Shown: in pieces, positions 60,443-64,000 of the stretch | Layout: every line of letters begins with the position of its first letter | Numbering within the stretch: position 1 is the stretch's first letter | From: an uncultured Rickettsiales bacterium | GTDB lineage: Bacteria > Pseudomonadota > Alphaproteobacteria > Rickettsiales > UBA1997 | Direction of reading: 5' to 3' | Assembly (NCBI GenBank): GCA_947167315.1 | Contig: CAMVHP010000001.1 | Span: 4,021-68,020 of the forward strand | DNA length: 64,000 bases | The notes under the pieces: generated by a model | Database searches by the model: none | Told to the model about the DNA's origin: nothing | The model's input: only the letters and a program-made list of their open reading frames with translations | Translations under genes and position numbers: made by a program

Positions 60443-62053
60443 TTGAAAAAATATATATCAATCTTAACTATACTGCTATTGGTCTCGTCCTGTGAATTTT
60501 TTAGAGGAATAAAAGAGCCAAATCCGACGGTGGATAGTTGGAGGAATATTAAAAGAGACGATGTAAAAAATACACTGTTTGATGTAAGAGATGACTATCA
60601 AGGTATAACTTCAGATTTTGATGATAACAATCTTAATGTTTCAAAGTTGTTATCAACTCCACCACCACCGGAGATGGGAAATGGTGAATTGATATCCTTT
60701 TCCATAACTGAAGAGGTGCCACTGAAGGATATTTTTATCGAATTGGGTAGGTTGGCCGATGTTGATATACAGATAGACCCAACTATAAATGGTGGAATAA
60801 TACTAAAAGTAACAGATAAACCATTAAATGTTGTGGTTGAAAAAATATGCGATATTGCTAACCTAAAATATGAATACAGTAACAATATACTAAAAATAGA
60901 AAGGGATTTACCATACATACAAGATTACGATGCAGATGTGTTGGTGGGACACGATATGTGGGATGAGATTGAAAAAACAATAGATTATCTGTTAAAAATA
61001 TATCCGGTTAAAAAACAAACTGGCGTACAAGTTGGTGTTGGTGGTTTAGAAGATTCAATACAGCAAAGTATTTCAAATATATCAGAATCTGATTCTGAAA
61101 TTGAACAACAGGTCAGCATTAATAAACCTGCTGGAATAATTAGTGTGTACGCCAATAGTAAAGCTCAAAAAGCCATAGATGAATACATTAGAAAAATTAA
61201 GGCTAGGTATGCTTCACAGGTTTTGATAGAAGCGAAGGTTGTGGAAGTTAAATTAAATGATAGCTACAAAGCTGGTATAAACTGGACGGTAACAAAAGAT
61301 ACTGGTGAAACCGATGAAGAAGGAAATGTTGTAAAAGATACATTACTATCAATAGTTGGTGCCGGTGGTTCCAGTAAGGGTTTAACAAAACTATCTTTCA
61401 ACAAAAAAATAAAATCAAGGGATTTAAATGTTGTTATTGATGCTATGCAGGAATTTGGTGATACAAAGACATTGTCAAGTCCAAGAATAAGTACATTAAA
61501 CAACCAAAAAGCAACACTAGATTTTATAAATACACTAGTATACTTTAGTGTTGAAAAGGAAGAAGATGGTGAAGACAGTGATGGTAATACAAAATATACG
61601 TATACATCCACAAAGCAAGAGGAGGAGGTGGGTGTAAAATTGGAAATAACTCCAACAATTGATATGAAAAACAGAGATATCACTCTATCGGTTAAGCCAG
61701 AATTATCGTCTTTGGCCGGTTATGTTAGCGATCCGGTTAATGAGGGTAATCAGGTTCCACAGATACAAAAAAGAAGTTTAGAAACCTCATTAAAAATAAA
61801 GTCCGGTGAAGTTATGGTGATAGGTGGTTTGATGTCAGAAACCATATCTAACAGCAGTTCTGGAATTCCGTTTTTGATGAATATTCCAATTTTAGGAAAT
61901 CTGTTTAAATCAAGAGGAGATTCAAAGGAATTGATCGAAACTGTAATATTTATAAAGGCAACAATAGTTGACAAGGACAATCCACTGTCAAACAGCAAAG
62001 ATAAAAAGCTATTTAATGACTTTGGAAAAAGTAATAACTACTACAGAGATTAA
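60443..62053 (+). CDS. Lipoprotein secretin of a type IV pilus/T2SS-like system (MshL/PilQ-like)
   Basis: TTG start and lipobox LLVSSC. The secretin domain blocks are VLIEAKVVEVKL, TLSSPRISTLNNQKATL, VGVKLEITPTI and SGIPFLMNIPILGNLFKS...ELIETVIFIKATIV. Confidence 0.85.
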   Translation: MKKYISILTILLLVSSCEFFRGIKEPNPTVDSWRNIKRDDVKNTLFDVRDDYQGITSDFDDNNLNVSKLLSTPPPPEMGNGELISFSITEEVPLKDIFIELGRLADVDIQIDPTINGGIILKVTDKPLNVVVEKICDIANLKYEYSNNILKIERDLPYIQDYDADVLVGHDMWDEIEKTIDYLLKIYPVKKQTGVQVGVGGLEDSIQQSISNISESDSEIEQQVSINKPAGIISVYANSKAQKAIDEYIRKIKARYASQVLIEAKVVEVKLNDSYKAGINWTVTKDTGETDEEGNVVKDTLLSIVGAGGSSKGLTKLSFNKKIKSRDLNVVIDAMQEFGDTKTLSSPRISTLNNQKATLDFINTLVYFSVEKEEDGEDSDGNTKYTYTSTKQEEEVGVKLEITPTIDMKNRDITLSVKPELSSLAGYVSDPVNEGNQVPQIQKRSLETSLKIKSGEVMVIGGLMSETISNSSSGIPFLMNIPILGNLFKSRGDSKELIETVIFIKATIVDKDNPLSNSKDKKLFNDFGKSNNYYRD

Positions 62054-62056
62054 AAT

Positions 62057-62821
62057 ATGAAAACAGTACTAAAATATGTTATACTGTCAGCACTGAGGGA
62101 CAAATTGTTTTTGGGTTTGTCGTTGGCTATATTGGCGATATTTGGTATTTCAAATCTTATGGGATTTACCGCAACCTCCGAAGAAACACTTATGCAAACT
62201 GCATTATTTGCAGGTTCCTTCAGAACAATGCTGGTTTGTGGTATGGTGGTTTTTATATGTTTTCACATAAATAAGTCTTTTGAAAATAGAGAAATATCGT
62301 TTATGTTATCAAAGAACATATCAAGAGAAAAGTTTATTTTATCGTATTGGATAGCATTTAGTATAATAAGTTTTCTTTTGATACTTATGTTTTCTGTAAT
62401 GCTACTGTTGTTTTGTAGGTATAACCTTTTGGGATCAATACAGTGGATGGCGAGTGTTATGTTTGAAACCATGATGATCATAATGTTTTCAATATTAGCA
62501 AGTTTTATTTTAGAAAGTGCTATATTTTCTGTATTTTCAACTATAGGATTTTATATAATTGCTAGACTTATGGGATTTTTTATAAACATGCATTTAGTAA
62601 GAAGCGGTAGTGTGATATATAATATAATTTCAACGTCGTCTCACTTCTTATCGCAGATTGTTTCTTCCATTATACCAAGACTAGATCTGTTTAGCCAAAC
62701 AAAATGGATAATATATGGAGCCGACTTTTCCATTTTTAAAGTTGTGTTTGCGCAATCAATTATATATATAGCAATAATGTTTATGATGGCCTTTTATGAT
62801 TTTAAAAATAAACAATTCTAA
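62057..62821 (+). CDS. Polytopic membrane protein, ABC-2-permease-like (weak)
   Basis: About 6 TM helices. The N-terminus MKTVLKYVILSALRDKLFLG resembles ABC-2 type permease starts. It lies 3 nt downstream of the secretin gene, and no ATPase gene is adjacent. Confidence 0.5.
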   Translation: MKTVLKYVILSALRDKLFLGLSLAILAIFGISNLMGFTATSEETLMQTALFAGSFRTMLVCGMVVFICFHINKSFENREISFMLSKNISREKFILSYWIAFSIISFLLILMFSVMLLLFCRYNLLGSIQWMASVMFETMMIIMFSILASFILESAIFSVFSTIGFYIIARLMGFFINMHLVRSGSVIYNIISTSSHFLSQIVSSIIPRLDLFSQTKWIIYGADFSIFKVVFAQSIIYIAIMFMMAFYDFKNKQF

Positions 62822-63581
62822 TTTTGGTAATTTTTCGACAAAGAGGTACCTGTATCTGTTTTTATTGCTATTGTTGTGTCAGGTAATTTTTTGGTTTAGG
62901 TTTAGAACTTTAGAGCAGGAATTGGAGGTGGTATCTACACCACCAAGCGAAAACACCATGAAGGCTTTTACTTTTGGCGATGATGAGTTTTATTTTAGAT
63001 TTAAATCATTTGAAGTGCAAAACATGGGTGATACATTTGGGAGATTCACATCTCTAAAAAAATATGACTACAACAAACTCTATGGATGGTTTAAGGAGTT
63101 GGAAAAGTTGAACTATGTTTCAAATTATCTACCATCATTGGCAGCTTACTATTTTTCACAAACACCAAAAATAGAAGATAGGCGATATATAGTTAAATTT
63201 CTGCAGGAACATGCCCTGAAGGATCTGGAGAAGAAGTGGTGGTGGTTATATCAGGCCAGTTTTATAGCAAACTACGACCTGAAGGATAAGGATTTGGCGG
63301 TGAGTATAGCAAGTAAACTAAAGGATGTAAAAAATGCTCCCGTATGGGCTAAACAAACGGCTGGTATTTATTTGGCACAAAGCGGTAACAGTTGTGAGGC
63401 AATAAGGGTCATGAGTGAAGTTGTGAATGATTTAGAGAATAGTGATGAAAAGGACAAAAAAAAGAAAGAAGAAGAATTGGATTATATGGAGTATTTTATA
63501 AATAGAGAATTAGAAAAACTAAAAGAAAAAGGAAGTTTTGATCTAGATCAATGTTTTAATAATAAAACAACAAAGGAGTAA
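62796..63581 (+). CDS. Hypothetical membrane-anchored, helix-rich protein
   Basis: An N-terminal TM helix (YLYLFLLLLLCQVIFWF) precedes about 220 aa that look helical by composition. It overlaps the upstream gene by 26 nt. I recognise no family. Confidence 0.5.
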   Translation: MILKINNSNFGNFSTKRYLYLFLLLLLCQVIFWFRFRTLEQELEVVSTPPSENTMKAFTFGDDEFYFRFKSFEVQNMGDTFGRFTSLKKYDYNKLYGWFKELEKLNYVSNYLPSLAAYYFSQTPKIEDRRYIVKFLQEHALKDLEKKWWWLYQASFIANYDLKDKDLAVSIASKLKDVKNAPVWAKQTAGIYLAQSGNSCEAIRVMSEVVNDLENSDEKDKKKKEEELDYMEYFINRELEKLKEKGSFDLDQCFNNKTTKE

Positions 63582-63583
63582 TT

Positions 63584-64000
63584 ATGAGTGAAGCGGATTT
63601 AAATGTATTAAAAAGTGCTATAAAACTAGTTGAAAGTAAAGTTTCAAGGGATTTTAACGAGATTAGAAATCTACAAAATTCCAGTTCCGTGAATGGTTTT
63701 GTGAATAAAGCTGTAAATTATGTTCAAAATACTTTGTTTGAATATTTAAAAGGAAAAAGACCAACGTATTCAATATATGTGAAGAATGGTGATGATAAAA
63801 TTGAAAAAAATAGCAAATTTTCGATTTATGTGAATGCTATAATGGGAATGAAAAATTTATCACACGGTATACCATACTTTTGTACCACATTGTCAGTGGC
63901 TGAAAATGGTAAAATTTTTACCGGATTAGTAAACAATTATGTTGAAAACGAAATGTTTTTTGTATCCAGAGGTTCAGGAGCTTTTGTTAATAATCAAAAA
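63584..64000 (+). CDS. Inositol monophosphatase family protein (SuhB-like), 5' part; continues beyond the window
   Basis: The ORF opens at ATG 63584 and runs to the window end. The N-terminal IMPase layout (LNVLKSAIKLVE...V.RDF.EI..LQ...) is present, and the window ends near the GSGAF region. Confidence 0.7.
   Translation, partial: MSEADLNVLKSAIKLVESKVSRDFNEIRNLQNSSSVNGFVNKAVNYVQNTLFEYLKGKRPTYSIYVKNGDDKIEKNSKFSIYVNAIMGMKNLSHGIPYFCTTLSVAENGKIFTGLVNNYVENEMFFVSRGSGAFVNNQK

Overview
This window is a dense, AT-rich stretch (roughly 30% G+C by eye, not computed) of a compact Gram-negative genome that looks host-associated. An alphaproteobacterial or Rickettsiales-like affinity is only a guess. I call about 60 protein genes and one tRNA-Gly(CCC). 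I found no rRNA, CRISPR array, transposase or integrase. Most genes are housekeeping. They include translation genes (leuS, cysS, thrS, rpsP, rimM, pth, typA, obg, mnmE, tsaD, rsmG, rluD), rho, polA, recN, and many envelope genes. The envelope set is tolQ-tolR-tolA-like-tolB, an unlinked pal, kdsA, an eptA-like gene, lgt, a lolD-like gene, murJ, rodA, an amidase, cdsA and plsC. There is also an aroC-aroK-aroA-chorismate mutase cluster, plus bioB, ferritin and dsbA. Several things stand out. (1) A hydE-hydF [FeFe]-hydrogenase maturase pair is translationally coupled to polA and followed on the same strand by a ferredoxin that keeps one cluster's ligands, an orphan LolD-like ABC ATPase, a small acidic ORF and a secreted 24-Cys tandem-repeat protein. 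No hydA or hydG is in view. (2) Type IV pilus/T2SS-like parts are scattered: two divergent pilin paralogs, a GspE/PilB ATPase with a low-complexity N-terminus, and an MshL-like lipoprotein secretin in an operon with two unknown membrane proteins. (3) A two-gene islet (NERD/Zn-ribbon protein plus an orphan lipoprotein) lies next to the tRNA. (4) A 230-bp intergenic array holds 11 TGTTAA hexamers, including three AACCTGTTAA copies. (5) An A9 tract in ybaB replaces the family-typical C-terminus, which is still readable in the adjacent frame. (6) A signal-peptide ankyrin protein carries a K/E-rich coil. All assignments come from by-eye motif and alignment recognition. No searches were run.
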